From Macrostomum lignano (lineage: Eukaryota), in NCBI GenBank assembly GCA_002269645.1, contig NIVC01000996.1:248001-312000 (forward strand): 64,000 nucleotides of DNA. The letters are read 5' to 3'. This document shows positions 42,686 to 56,022 of this stretch, in pieces. Position numbers and translations under genes: made by a program. Under the pieces are notes generated by a model. The model did no database searches and was not told the DNA's origin. It was given only the letters and a program-made list of their open reading frames with translations. How positions within the stretch are numbered: position 1 is the stretch's first letter; every line of letters begins with the position of its first letter.

Positions 42686-45600
42686 TCAATTAGAGGCCAA
42701 ATTATCATCCGCCGACGCTACCGAAGCAGTCGAACTCGATGAGTCCGCCGCATTAGCGGCAACTGCGGAACCGGAACCGGAACCAGCAGTTGAAGTAGCC
42801 GGCTGATTAGCAGCGGTGGAAGATGGCAGAGCTTTCTGCAACGAGCGCACATTCCAGTGGAAGCATTCGGCTAAACCGCTGAACCAATCCTGCAGCGGGC
42901 TACGAGCCGATATAGAGGGCACCATGTACTCTGATGTGGTGATGGCCACGTGGTCGCCTGGGATTCAAAAATTAGGATCGGATTTGTATCAGAGTGATCT
43001 TCTACACTGAATCTAGCTTAGTTTAGAGAGGCCAACCCGTCGCTGTAAACTTCGGTACTTTCGAGCCCTCATCTACTCTGCTTGCGTCTTGTCGACCCCT
43101 CATCTAGTCTTTATTGTCCCATCTACCCCCTTTATCTAGTGTTTGCTCTCCTGTCCAACACCCTCACATAGTGTTTGTTCTACTGTCTACCCCTTATCTA
43201 GTCTTTGTTCTCTTGTCCAACCCCATTATCTAGTCTTTGTTTGCCTATCTACCCCTCATCTAATCTTTGTTCTTGTCTACTCCGTCATCTAGTCTTTGCT
43301 CTCCTATCCGACCTCTCATCAAGTCTTTGTTCAACCTCCAACGCGGCTATTTTGTCAGCTATACCTGGCAACAGTTCCTGTCGATCCCGACCGTCAAAGC
43401 TGACCCAGGCGTTACTTCTGGCGCATTCGGCCAAGCGAACAGTAATACCTGTGCTAGCCGGCAGAATTACTGGCCGAAAGCTTAACGAATGCGGACAGAT
43501 AGGGGCTAGCAGTAGAGCCGGCACCGACGGATGAATCATGTTGGCTCCTGCCGCCATGGCGTAGGCGGTGCTGCCAGTCGGGCTGCTCACAATCAGACCG
43601 TCGCCTTGCATAGTAGTCACGGTCTGGTCCTCAATTATCACGTCTAATATGCACAGATTGCCAGACGGGCCTCTGTCTATGACTACTTCGTTTAGAACCT
43701 GAAGGGTTGGTTTATAAAGTTTTCTTGACTAGGGTTTGTAGCCTAGTAGCTGGAGCTTCGGACTCACGACTTGATGGTCGGGGGTTCGATTCCCGATCCC
43801 ACTGGAACAATTTGTGTCCTTGAACAAGACACTTAACTCTGCATTGCTTCAGTTCACCCAGCTGTAAAATGGGTGCCAGCATTAGCTGGGGTAATTGAGG
43901 AAGTGTGTAGCAACCCCCCCCCCAGCCCTTGACTGTAATCCTCAAGCATGTGCACTCTCTGTGTCTCGCAAGTTTCCCGGTTTTGTCGTTTATTAAAAAC
44001 TAACTTTATTTTTTAATATAAAGCCAATCAATATCTTGTACAATAGAAAAATCCTCAAAAGATAATTTCCTTAATTAGCAGACTTGGTATAACAAACCAT
44101 TTGGATTCATTTAGAATGATCAAACAGAAGTAAAATAATTAAAAAAGCAGGAAAGAGAAATAAATTGAATTTAGCTTGACCAACTGATAGATAATAGATG
44201 AGGGAGACAGTGATGAGGGAGACAGTGATGAGGGAGACAGTAGTGAGGGAGACAGTGATGAGGGAGACAGAGATGAGGGAGACAGAGATGAGGGAGACAG
44301 TGATGAGGGAGACAGAGATAAGGGAGACAGAGATGAGGGAGACAGATGAGGGAGACAGAGATGAGGGAGACAGAGATGAGGGAGACAGGTGAGGGAGACA
44401 GAGATGAGGGAGACAGAGATGAGGGAGACAGAGATGAGGGAGACAGAGATGAGCGAGACAGTGATGAGCGAGACAGTGATGAGGGAGACAGAGACGAGGG
44501 AGACAGATGAGGGAGACAGAGATAATGAGGGAGACAGATGAGGGAGACAGAGATGAGCGAGACAGTGATGAGCGAGACAGTGATGAGGGAGACAGAGACG
44601 AGGGAGACAGATGAGGGAGACAGAGATAATGAGGGAGACAGAGATAATGAGGGAGACAGATGAGGGAGACAGACAGACAAGAAATAGAGCAGCAGATAGA
44701 CAGCAGCACAGTACCGATATGTTGCGTAGCAAATAAAGCAAGCCAATAAACAAGGCTAACCTGTTTTTTCTCCGTAGCTGCCGCCGCAGCCTTGTGCAGA
44801 GTGCAAGCGAGCCTCGATCTCATAGTAAAATAACTTCGATTATTCAGCACCGACTGCAGATCTTGGCGGTAATTTTCAAACCGATGCGGAGTCAAAAATC
44901 CCAAACTGCCCAGATGGAAGGCTAGTATTGGAGGCACGTCGGCCTTGAACAATGAGCTGGCGTATAGCAGGGTACCGTCGCCTCCAAGGCAGACAATGAG
45001 GTCGATCATCTTGTCTGTAAAGGCGGCTTCGCCGTATACAAAAGTTTTCAATTTCGACGCAATCAGGGCGAATTGTTTAGATAGCGCCGAGGCCTCCTCT
45101 TTGCAGAGCTCGCACTCCGAAACCGAGCTGCACTCGACAAATACCTCGAGTTGGAGGTCCTGGGAACAAAGTATAGTGTATAGAGCCATTGGTTGCTGAT
45201 GGTAGACGCAGGACGAGATCATCAAATCCCAGAGAATCCCAATCACTAAGTCCCAGAAATCGGATCCTGAAATCCCAGGAATATCGATCCCGAAATCTAA
45301 TGAGTATCGATTCACAAATTTCTGGAATATCGATCAATAAATCCGAATAATATCGATCCTAGAATCCCAGGAATATCGATCCTAGAATCCTAGGAATATC
45401 GATCCTAGAATCCTAGGAATATCGATCCTAGAATCCCAGGAATATCGATCCTAGAATCCTAGGAATATCGATCCTAGAATCCCAGGAATATCGATCCTAG
45501 AATCTCAGGAATATCGATCCTAGAATCCCAGGAATATCGATCCTAGAATCTCAGGAATATCGATCCTAGAATCCCAGGAATATCGATCCTAGAATCTCAG

Positions 45601-46762
45601 GAATATCGATCCTAGAATCCCAGAAATATCGATCCCGAAATCCGAGGAATATCGGCCCTGAAATCCCAGGAGTATCAATATAGAAATCCCGGGAAAAATG
45701 AACACAAAATCCCAGAGATCCCAATTCCCTAATCCAAGGGCTTCAGACATGCACACTTTCTGTCTCGGAAACTCCGATCAAAGGCAAAAGTGCTGAAGCC
45801 CTAGTAATAATAATAACCGTAAAAACTTTTTATAACATTCAAGTGTCTTTATAGTGATTTCTAATAAAACTCAGTTTACGTGTAATAAAAAACTTAAACT
45901 TCCTAAAGGCGCAAAAAAAGAAAATTGAAACCGATAGTCAAGACTAGAAGCCTCAAATATCAAAGGGAGCGCCTATTTTTGACAATCTCTCGAAACGAAA
46001 GCTTTGAGACACTACTGTAAAAAAATTATGAGGTCACAACAATTTCTAGAGCCTCTTTTAGAAGCAGTAGAAGACTACGGTTATGTGCGCCTTTGACAAA
46101 TAGATTATTAAAAAAAGCTCGCTAAAAAGTCTTGTCTCAATTATAACATTTTAGCTCGCTTGAAAGGCGCTCAAAGAAAAGACAAAGAAAATACGATTAT
46201 TATTCATTTTTACTTTGTCTCTAAAAAATGACTTAATTTAATGTCAGTACGCCGCATCTGTTGCAAGTGGCATTATTGTTAGGAGAGATAATCTCTCTTA
46301 TCAATCTTGAGCATTCGATTGCAACCGCCTTTAGCGGACGTACAAACCGATTAATTTATAATTTTAATTGAGTGGCACAGGTCTTTTTGTTAGATTAGAG
46401 GCAGGGGGGTTGTGTGCACCCTGGCGCACTTTAAGCGACATAGGCACACAACCGGCGAGAGGCATTAATGCCCATTCCGCCGACTCCCCTGAGCAGGCAC
46501 ACAAGCGCGCGGATACGTACGCAGTCATACGCACAGGCACACACTCACAAAGGAGTGCACAGCGGCCCTGACTTTATTTATCGTTAGGCATGTACACTTC
46601 TCTGTGTCTGGGGCCCTCAAATGGCGTTAATTGCACGAGCAGAGCCAAGCCGAGATTCCAATTTAGCCCCAAATTAATGCGACAGCAGTTGAAATCGAGC
46701 CTGGGTCGCTGGCACATCGGAGCACCGCGCCAGACCACTGGGCTACGGTGACCTTGACTAGC

Positions 46763-46833
<71 letters not shown>

Positions 46834-46862
46834 AAGACAGACAGACAGATAGATACACAGGC

Positions 46863-46898
<36 letters not shown>

Positions 46899-46902
46899 TG
46901 TC

Positions 46903-46946
<44 letters not shown>

Positions 46947-46950
46947 TGTC

Positions 46951-46989
<39 letters not shown>

Positions 46990-47106
46990 AAGACAGACAG
47001 ACAGATAGATACACAGGCAGACAGACATACAGACAGACAGACAGGCAGACAGACAGACAGACAGACAGACAGACAGGCAGACAGGCAGACAGACAGACAG
47101 ACAGGC

Positions 47107-47149
<43 letters not shown>

Positions 47150-47230
47150 TAGACAGACAGGCAGACAGACAGGCAGACAGACAGACAGACAGACAGACAG
47201 ACTGTCAGACAGACAGACAGACAGACTGTC

Positions 47231-47285
<55 letters not shown>

Positions 47286-47320
47286 TAGATACACAGGCAG
47301 ACAGACAGACAGACAGATAC

Positions 47321-47370
<50 letters not shown>

Positions 47371-48784
47371 GGACAGACAGACAGACGGTCACCCAGAACA
47401 AGCCCTGATCAAAGCGAGAGACTCACGGTGACCAAGTGCAGCAGCAGCTCAATAAAAGACGTCAGGATAGTGGGATCCGGTTTCCTAACGACCAAAACTC
47501 GCTGAGGCAAATTCTCAGCCCATTTCAGCCTGTGATTGTCGAATTTGCTGTCTTTCAAACCCCTGAAATTGATTAGAAATATATATATCAGACAGATAGT
47601 ACTCAAACTAGGCTACTGTTAGTAACACAGGTAGTTTATGTAAAAAATCAAAATTAGCCCCGTTTAATAATTTAAAAAAATTCAAAAACTTGGATTATTA
47701 AAAGCGTACGTCATTATTTTGCATTGAAATAAAATCAGAATAAGCAGCTGACAAAAAACACAACACACGAAAACGAGCGTCATGCACTTGAAAAAACACC
47801 TTGTCGGTTTCTTCAGTTCATTCTGATGAAAAATAAGTTCATGCAATAATGGAAGCCAATTAGGGAGGAATTAGGGAGCAAATGAGTCAGTTTAAGGGCC
47901 GGCTGAAACCTTCACATGGTTTAGAGCGGCCCTGACTTTCGTTAAATTGACACACCGTACACGCTGAGCTTTAGTGGTTGGCCCAGAGGCTCACTACTGA
48001 CAGTAGTGTTTCAGCGCCAATGGGTAGATTTTTGGCGACAGGGGGGATTTGGGAGTTTTTAATTCCAACGGAGAATTTAGCGCCAGAGGAAAGGTCAGCG
48101 CCAGAAGGGAATTAAGCGCTAGAAGGGAATTTAACGCTAGAAGGATTTTTAAGCGCCAGTAGGGAATTCAGCGCCAGGGTGGACGGGGGAATTTAGTAGA
48201 TTTTAGCGCCAGGGACAATTTAGTAGATTTTAGCGCCAGGGGAGAATTTAGCGCCAGAGAGAATTTTGGAGATTTTAGCGCCAGAAAAGAATTTAGCGCC
48301 AGAGAGAATTTTGGAGATTTTAGCGCCAGGGAAGAATTTAGCGCCAGAGAGAATTGTTCCAGGGGATAATTTAGCGCCAGGGGGTGAATTTAGGGCACCA
48401 TTATCTCCAGGAAACACAAACAAGAGAGTGCACAAAAAATCTGACCTTAATGGTAATTTTAAATAGAATGCAAAACTAAAAAAAGCATAAAATATTGGGA
48501 CAATTTTCCTCAAACCTCTGAAAGACTGGCTTCCAATGCAGAGTCATGTTACTCCTGGGGTGCTCAGCCTGACGTTGAGTTAAATCGCCAGTCAAAGCAG
48601 CCCCATCATTGGCAGCTGCAGATGAGTCGGGCGCCGATGTTGGAAAAGAAAAGTCGCCACGTTCTACGTGGGACCAGGCTGGTTGCTGCTTCTGTTGCTG
48701 CTGCTGTTGTTGCAGAAACTGTGAAGTCTCATCAGCACTCAGCACTGCCGCTTTCGACACGTGAAAGCGACCGTTATTAGACAT
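42686..48784 (-). CDS. NADK: NAD kinase, 5 exons
   Basis: Exons 48784-48516 (donor tentative), 47562-47427, 45159-44761, 43698-43365, 42957-42686 with consistent phases. Motifs [71 protein letters not shown]. Confidence 0.95.
43732..43925 (+). mobile_element. tRNA-derived CORE-SINE, most complete copy, in NADK intron
   Basis: A box TAGCCTAGTAG (43739), B box GGTTCGATTCC (43783), CORE-like CTTGAACAAGACACTTAACTCT...CTGTAAAATGGG (about 43819-43873). Confidence 0.8.
44200..44680. repeat. 15-bp minisatellite (GATGAGGGAGACAGA)n in NADK intron
   Basis: Direct reading. Confidence 0.9.
45340..45660. repeat. 23-bp minisatellite (GGAATATCGATCCTAGAATCCCA)n in NADK intron
   Basis: Direct reading, 23-bp period. 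Confidence 0.9.
46595..46753 (-). mobile_element. tRNA-derived SINE, second family
   Basis: Reverse complement GGTCACCGTAGCCCAGTGGTCTGGCGCGGTGCTCCGATGTGCCAGCGACCCAGGCTCGATTTC has A/B-box-like motifs and is homologous to 29001-29128. Confidence 0.65.
46760..47385. repeat. (CAGA)n microsatellite in NADK intron
   Basis: Direct reading. Confidence 0.95.
48020..48400. repeat. Degenerate tandem repeat with core TTTAGCGCCAG in NADK intron
   Basis: More than 12 copies of the core at variable spacing. Confidence 0.8.
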
Positions 48785-50299
48785 TTTTTTAAATATTGAT
48801 TTATTACTTACTCAAATTTCAACTTTACTACTGGGAATAATAAGTAATAAGTAATAAGTAATAAGTAATAATAATAGTTTGCATACAAAAACTATTTATG
48901 CACTATTTTTTTAATTTTGAGTAGATCAACAAATTTCAGTGCAAAACTATTAGGAAATCAAACCATTAATTTTGACTTTTCTGGTCAGACTTGTTGCCTG
49001 AAAAGGAATGAAAATGTAAGACTGGTGGTAAGGAATTTTGCAATATAAGTTTTATTTTAGGCATCTTATAAGCTGTGAATTAGGTGCAAGTTAGAAATCT
49101 ATTAAAAAACTACAGAAAAGTTTAAGACTGCTAGAAAGTCCTAAAAAGAGAGAAAAAATTAATTATTGCTAGTGCCATTAAACTCAAAATTTCTCTAAAT
49201 ATGAAGCATAAGCAATAAGATGCATTGATTAATTCTAAATGCCAAAATACCATCAACCAGAGTGACTGATATAGAAGCCACAGCAAGTCAACTTACCTAA
49301 AAGGTCGCCTAGCAAATGAATGATGACTTCTAGTTTTTGATTGTTCCAGAGCTGCAAGATGCATTTGCATGAAATAAATATTTTTTGTTTCTATATGAGA
49401 AGTTTTTATAACTTAGGTCAAATTCCTAACTATTCTATACAGCTATAATAAAGTTGAAATAAAACCTAATCTAGGGTCTCATATTATTCAACAAAATAAT
49501 TCTAGCATTCTGAATTAAGACCCTAGACTAGATGCCATTTAACTTATATTATATATTTTTGTAATCATTTTACATGAAGTATTGATAATCTTATAATTAC
49601 TGGGACTCTTGATATGCTTTGAAAAATTTAAATAATCTATAAATAGTCTGCACACTTCTGCAACTGTTATGGGTCAACAAGGCATATATTAGCCAGCAAA
49701 CTAGAAGATATTTGGCTTGGGCCTATATTAATGAAAAAATAAAACATGCATATAGATTGTTAAAGAATTTATAGGCATTTACATTATTTAAACAAAATTA
49801 AGAAATTTTAATCAATTCAAATTTTTGTACTATGAATAAATACATAATAATTTAATAAAACTATATATGCAACTTTGGTTCCACACAGTAAAAACTGCGT
49901 CAAATACTGTGTTGATATCTGTTGCACATTTCAATGTGAAATTCAACTTGAAATTCAATTCAGGATTTTCCCGCACTAAACTAGAGTTCTTAAGCCTATT
50001 CAATATAGAATTTAATGTGGGATTCAATGCAAGATTTGCAAGATTTTTTTAATGTTGGGATAACGTCAAATGTGCTTTGGGTTAGGGCACTGAACTTTCA
50101 TGGCTGCCTAGCAGAGAGGGCATGCTTAAGCAGCTAGAGCTGAGGCCATGAAGGAGTTGAAGCACTAATCAGACCAAGGCTACAGCAGACTGGCAAAGCT
50201 GTCGCTGCATCTCCCTGTCTGACTGGCTGCTTTGTGTCAATGTCTGCAGCTTCGAGTGGAATGCTTGCCTAGCTGTTCTGTGTGTACACACCTTCTGCC

Positions 50300-53200
50300 A
50301 CGCAAGATAATGAGGCTCAAGTCTTCTTCAAGCACTCTCGGAGCAGGTGGAGATGGCGTAGTATCACACAGTGGTCATCTTCAAAAACCTGAATTCAATT
50401 TTGCTTAGGTCCAAGTGGTCACTGTTTGTGACACTGCACAAGAATGACAATACTAAAGTGCTGGAGGACTTCCTGGAAAGGCATGACATAGTGTTGGCAA
50501 GCTCGCGAACTTGTAGGGCTACAAGCAGAGGCGGAGGAATGCACTTGGCCAGGATGCAACATGGAGCCAGGCACAGGTTGATCACGTGCTTGTGCATCTT
50601 TGTGAGCGCCGCCGCGCCATCAACTGCTATACTATCATGCCGCTGGCTCTGCAGTCTGACCATTGGCTTTTCATCTGCAACCTGCATCTACACAATCTGC
50701 TTTACTGTCTACCAAAGTGGCCTCTGCGGAGCTTCTATTGTGCACTTAAGGACACCCAGGCGTGTTGCCATTTTGTCAGCACTTTTGTCAGCATGCCTTG
50801 CAACAAGTGCAGGTGTGTTAAGTATATGGAGGTAAGTGCTACAGTTAGAGCAAGCAGTCCCAATGATGCAATTGGCCCAACAAAGGCAGCTAGTCTGGCA
50901 GGATAACCTTGCAATGCAAGCAAGGGTAAAGCAGGAGAGGCTCCATCTTAGCAGTTGGCCAAACCACAAGGCAGAGGCTCTGGCAGCTGTCAACCTGCAG
51001 CAGAAATAGGCCACTGTTGATGATGCTATCCAGTCCACCGATGCTGGAACTAACACCAAAGGGTGCGGGGCCTGGTTGCCATCAACACTCTGACAGGTAG
51101 AAGCTGCGCATCCCACTCAAACTGGCTAGCAACAACTCTAGATGAGCATTTTAGAACAGGCATGGCTAGAGATTCAACCTCCATGCTGCCCTACTAGCCG
51201 ACCCAGGGGTACACATCCTGCTAGGTCCACATAGACAGACTGGGTAATGGTGCCAGTCACCCTTCTGGAGAAAATTGGCCTTTGGCTTTAGTTGTTAAGG
51301 GTACAGATTTATCTTGGTGTACTTACCTATGCATAACCACCTTCACCTCCCTTGTGGACTACTGCTCTAACTGTAGATTTGAGCTGCTAGTGGCGGGGCG
51401 ATGTCAATGCCCCAACACTCACTGGGGCAGTAAAACTTCAACAGCAGAGGCCAAGGAACTCCTTGCTTACCACTGCACTACCAATACTGAGTTTTTTAGC
51501 ATTGGTATATAATAGCCCATGCGAACTCCACTGGTTACAGTTAGAACTTTACAAGAAAGCTTGAGCGATTGCAAGTCAGCGCACGCATATATATATATTT
51601 AATGGGTATAATGTAGATTAGTATAGGATACACGTACACGCAAGGATGAGCAATCAATGAGGTGCACACTTAAGAAATAACCAATGTGCCCATGCAACCC
51701 TACATTCAAGCAACCCCAAGAACACCCAAGATCAGTCCAGTGGCACTTTGGTTGTGGAACCCCCATCTTTGACAATGGGCAATAGATAGAGGCCTATGAC
51801 ACAACCCTTGTCTCCCACAGTTTGGCTCTTCTGGTCAAGGACTAAGGGTATAGGACAAAGAGGAGTCTCTGTCTAACCATCACTTTGTTCATTTTTGGTT
51901 GCAATCCTCTTGCTTCAAGCCTAGCATCCTATGGAAAAGGAACATCTGGAACTCTGACTAGACGGCTTTCACTGAAACCCTGAAATGCCAAATAGATCAG
52001 CTGACCACTAGCGTTCCTACCACCTAGCTGTCACGAAGTGGATGACCTTGCAGACTTTCTCAGCACAACTGTTTTGATAGCCCATGAAGCCTCCAATCAA
52101 GGCCTAAAAAAGCAATAAATCCACTCTTGGTAGCACCCAGCATTTAGATCCCTCTGGCATAAGGCAAAGTGCCTTCAATGGAAAACTTGCAAGAGCAAAG
52201 ACCCTGCTTATCAGTATGCAATTTGTGACTTTAGGCGTGAAACCAGGAAAGCCAAGTCTGACACATGGCACCAATATTGCGTGGAGTTTGAAGGCAGGTC
52301 TACTCTACTTCACATGTGGTTAAGGCTCTCACCCTCAACAAAATGTCAAAGCTCTCAGTCATTAAAAGACCGGATGGCTAGCTTGCTGAGAACCCCAGGG
52401 AATCACTGGACATCATGCTTACCAGCTCTTTCCCATGTGCCACATGGTAGCTAAACCCATTGGACCACTCTCTAGGCAGACAGATCTTGGCTTCAACCAT
52501 TATTACCAGAGAAAAGATGGCTCACACGGCAAAATCCTTCTCTCCTTTAAGTCACCAGGACCTAACAACATTTATCCTGGCTTCTTATAAGAGGCAGTTG
52601 AAAATAACTAGTTTTTTGACCTCCTCTGTAACCTCTTCAAGGCTAGCATTATGGGTCCTAAAATTCTGGGGCACGCATGAGAACCTTACTTGCTGGATAA
52701 TGCATATGCTATCCTATTATACTGCCAACTTGCATCTCCTAAAACACTCCCACTCTGTGGAGGTCCAGAAAGGTAGACTGCAATGTGGAGTCCTTAGCCC
52801 AATTCTCTGGAACTTGGTCATGGACGAGCTGCTTTGCAGCCTGTAGCCAGACCCAGTTTAGAAGGTTGGTTACTTGAATGATATTACTGCCACTGTGGCT
52901 AGACCATTACCCACGGTCCTCAGAGACCTCCTCCAAGCCTTCATCCACTGTGTTGAATGCTAGGCATACAGCTGCAGCATCAGGTTCTTTGAGTCTAAAA
53001 CCGTGGCTATCATGTTCACTAGTTGTTGAAATTGGAGGATCGAATTGCTCTCCTTCTATGGCAAACCTGTTGGTAAAACAAACCAGATATCTGGGCATCC
53101 CCCTTGACCACAGGTTGAGTTGAACCCACATGTCCAAACCAAAGCCCTCAAAGCTCTTGCAACTCTTGCATAGATCTGCAGAGCTTTTGGTGCTATGTGG

Positions 53201-53300
53201 GGTCTCATCCCTGCCCATGCAACAGTTGGCCAATCTGGCTGACTGATTTGGCGGCCAACCAAGGTAAGTTGCAAAAATGCCTACTTTAATAAATACCCAA
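50300..53300 (+). mobile_element. Degenerate non-LTR retrotransposon (R1/LOA-like RT, APE endonuclease remnant)
   Basis: Fragments QSDHWLF (endonuclease SDH, about 50650), GRLQCGVLSPILWNLVMDELL (about 52770-52835), VGYLNDI (YADD equivalent) and TRYLGIPLDHRLS; many stops and frameshifts; boundaries approximate and may be composite. Confidence 0.7.
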
Positions 53301-54077
53301 GTAGTACTAAGTAGAGGATGAGGCATTTTTCCTTAAAATGATAGTCATAGTGACTCTTGCCATTTACCCAAAGTTGCATTAATTTTGCTTTAGGGTTTCT
53401 TTCATATGTAAGTCGCATTTTTGGCCAAAAATGACATAGCACTTTTTTAAAACTAAGTCACAACCAACCAAATTTTGGAGGTTGCACATATATGCCCCCA
53501 CCATCTCTGGTAGATTTACACTGCCATTATAAGACCGGCCATCTTCTTTGCCAACTATTACAGGCATTAAGCTAAGTGCCAACTTGCAAGTCTAGCTAAG
53601 TAGCCAGTCATGGATAAACAGCAAGTGTGGCCAAGTTAGGTGGTCTAACTTCTACTACTCTCAGACGTGCCTGTTGACCTTCTGCCTTTATCAGGGCTTT
53701 ACTAAAATCCTGCATTGAATTTCATATAGGCCTATTGATCATCCTGCATTAAATCTCACATTAAATTCACTCTGAATACTGCATTGAATAGGCTTAAGAA
53801 CTCAAGTTGAGATTAAAGCGGGAAATCTCTCATAAAATTCTGCATTGAATCCTGCATTGAATTCTACAATGAATTCTGCATTGAATAGGCTTAAGAACTC
53901 AAGTAGCCAATAGCCAATAGTGCAAACAGTGTCTAGTATAGATTGGCCCTTAGTAGTCCAGGCACAATTTGGCATATTGGAGTATAGTTTGCATGAGAAA
54001 TGGGAATGTTAATGTCTAGTGCAGTTTAGAACTTGGCTAGGCCCTACAATAGGCTAGACTAAGGGAGTTGCTACATA

Positions 54078-54703
54078 GGGTACCAGTTGTTTTGGTGACA
54101 AATAGTTGTTTTGGTGACAAGTTGCTATTGTGATAGACACACTTCATTTTCAATGAAAAATCAAAGATTTTATGAGTATTATCATTTTAGTGATAAGAGG
54201 TGTTTCATAATATTTGGTTGTAGTTATTTTGTTAAGATTTATGTTTCATAATATATATAAAAATCTTCATCAAAAGAATATATTTAAGAAAAGAAAGCAA
54301 ACTGATTATATTGTTTTCTTCCTGTGCAGATTGTTTTGAATTGTCCCAGAGTGTTCAGACACATAAACCATAAACCTATAGAGAATCCTCATGAAATGCA
54401 GACCACGAGAAAGGTGGATATATTCACTTGTTGATGCTTTTGCAAGTTTAAATTGGAAAACATAATTCAAAAGACTGCAACTCTATAATTGTAAATAAAC
54501 AAAATTAAATACAGAAATACTTAACTGTTTTAAAAACTATAAATTTTAGGCTCAATATGCCTTAAGATTTTCTAAGTAATTTTCTGTTTAAAAACAGAAT
54601 CGCTATAACTAAAATTGTATTTTTCTTGTCACCAAAATGACTTCTGCTTGTTACCAAAAGGACTGTCATCAAAACATCTTGTCACCGAAATGATTGTAAT
54701 CCA
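54078..54703. mobile_element. MITE-like element with subterminal TTTTGGTGACAA inverted repeats
   Basis: Left GGGTACCAGTTGTTTTGGTGACAA, right TTGTCACCGAAATGATTGTAATCC; flanked both sides by CTACATA (54071-54077 and 54704-54710), a 7-8 bp TSD candidate. Confidence 0.55.
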
Positions 54704-54710
54704 CTACATA

Positions 54711-54835
54711 TACCCTCAATTACCCTAGCTAATGTTGGCACCTATGTTATAGCTAGGTGAACTAAAGCAATGCAGAGTTAAGTGTCTTGCTCAAAGACAC
54801 AAATTGTTTCAAATGAGTTGAGAATTGAACCTAAC
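54711..54835 (-). mobile_element. CORE-SINE fragment, diverged
   Basis: GGTGAACTAAAGCAATGCAGAGTTAAGTGTCTTGCTCAAAGACACAAATTG matches the 21431 copy; GAGAATTGAACC is the reverse complement of a B box. Confidence 0.7.
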
Positions 54836-55275
54836 TTTTTTGTCATGAGTCAAATGCTTTTATTAAGATACATTATGTCTATTGTCTAGATTTCCATATA
54901 AGACTTTTTGAACTTAAAGTATATAAAAAATTCTAATTTTTTAATTCCTTTAAAACTTTTACCAGACATTTAGCAAGTGGCCAAAATGAAAAAATGGCAA
55001 TAATGTACAAAAATAAGACCTGTCTAACTTTTTGTGGTGTTACAAGCTCAATTTTTTAATCCCAAATAAAGTAAGAAAAGTTGTGAAAAATTGATGTTTC
55101 TAAATACAAATATGGTGAATTAATGCCCCACTTAGGCCTATAGGACATTGACCTCAAGTTGGTTATTTCCTAACATCCAAAAATAAAATGAAAACGAAAT
55201 TGCAAAAATTCTGCATAGATAGCTGTGCCTGTAACTGCGCTGAGCACTGCACATATCTTCGCATTTGTTTCCCGA

Positions 55276-55655
55276 GGGTCTCCCTAAAACACGCCCCGCA
55301 CCGCCTTGCAGCGCTACACATTAAAACAATTTTGAATATAACTGAAAACACTTCAAAATGCTTTTTCTGTTAAGCTTCGAAGTTTTTATTAAATTAAGTT
55401 TTTTTACTTTGAAATATAAAATTCAGTGAATAATAAGTGATAATAATATTAATATTAATAAAAAATTGATAATATAATTTAATAATGAAAACGAGAATAT
55501 AAAAAATAATAATAATATTTATAATATTAATTTAAGATATTTATTCCATTACTCGAACAACAAATAGTTTTCTTTGCAATCAAATGCTGCATTGACAAAA
55601 AATGTTATAATGTGTAGCGGTTCAGGGCGATGCGGTGCGTGTTTTAGGGAGACCC
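55276..55655. mobile_element. Mutator-type (MULE) MITE, 380 bp
   Basis: 48-bp TIRs (55276-55323 and 55608-55655, 43/48 identical, starting GGGTCTCCCTAAAACACGC) and exact 9-bp TSD GTTTCCCGA (55267-55275, 55656-55664). Confidence 0.85.
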
Positions 55656-55772
55656 GTTTCCCGATCGATATTCAGATTGATATTCGAAAACTAACAAAAT
55701 CTCTGCTCTGCAAAAATATTTTAGAGCCCGTTTGACAGAAAAAAAGTGCAACTAAGAACATTGCAAAAATAA

Positions 55773-56022
55773 AGTTTCAGCTCGATCCGTTACTCTGGCT
55801 CGAAATGGCACCGATTTTCGATGTGCTCCCATTTAAAATACATGTGATTTTATAAGGCAGATCGATATTCGAGTTCGCTCACTTTGGCTTGACCATTCAA
55901 CATGAATTTTACACACTAAAAATTGCAAACCAGAAACCGATAAATATACAGTTTCAGCTCGATCCGTCACTCTGGCTCGAAATGGCACCGATTTTCGATG
56001 TGCTCCCATTTAAAATACATGT
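55773..56022. repeat. 73-bp direct repeat pair (55773-55845 and 55950-56022)
   Basis: AGTTTCAGCTCGATCCGTYACTCTGGCTCGAAATGGCACCG...AAAATACATGT, one mismatch. Confidence 0.9.

Noticed and set aside
43739-43795. A functional tRNA gene
   Set aside because: A and B boxes present, but no closed cloverleaf and it continues into a SINE CORE domain.
46555-47940. Two GCGGCCCTG-ACTTT motifs resembling hAT right ends
   Set aside because: No matching left end or TSD found.
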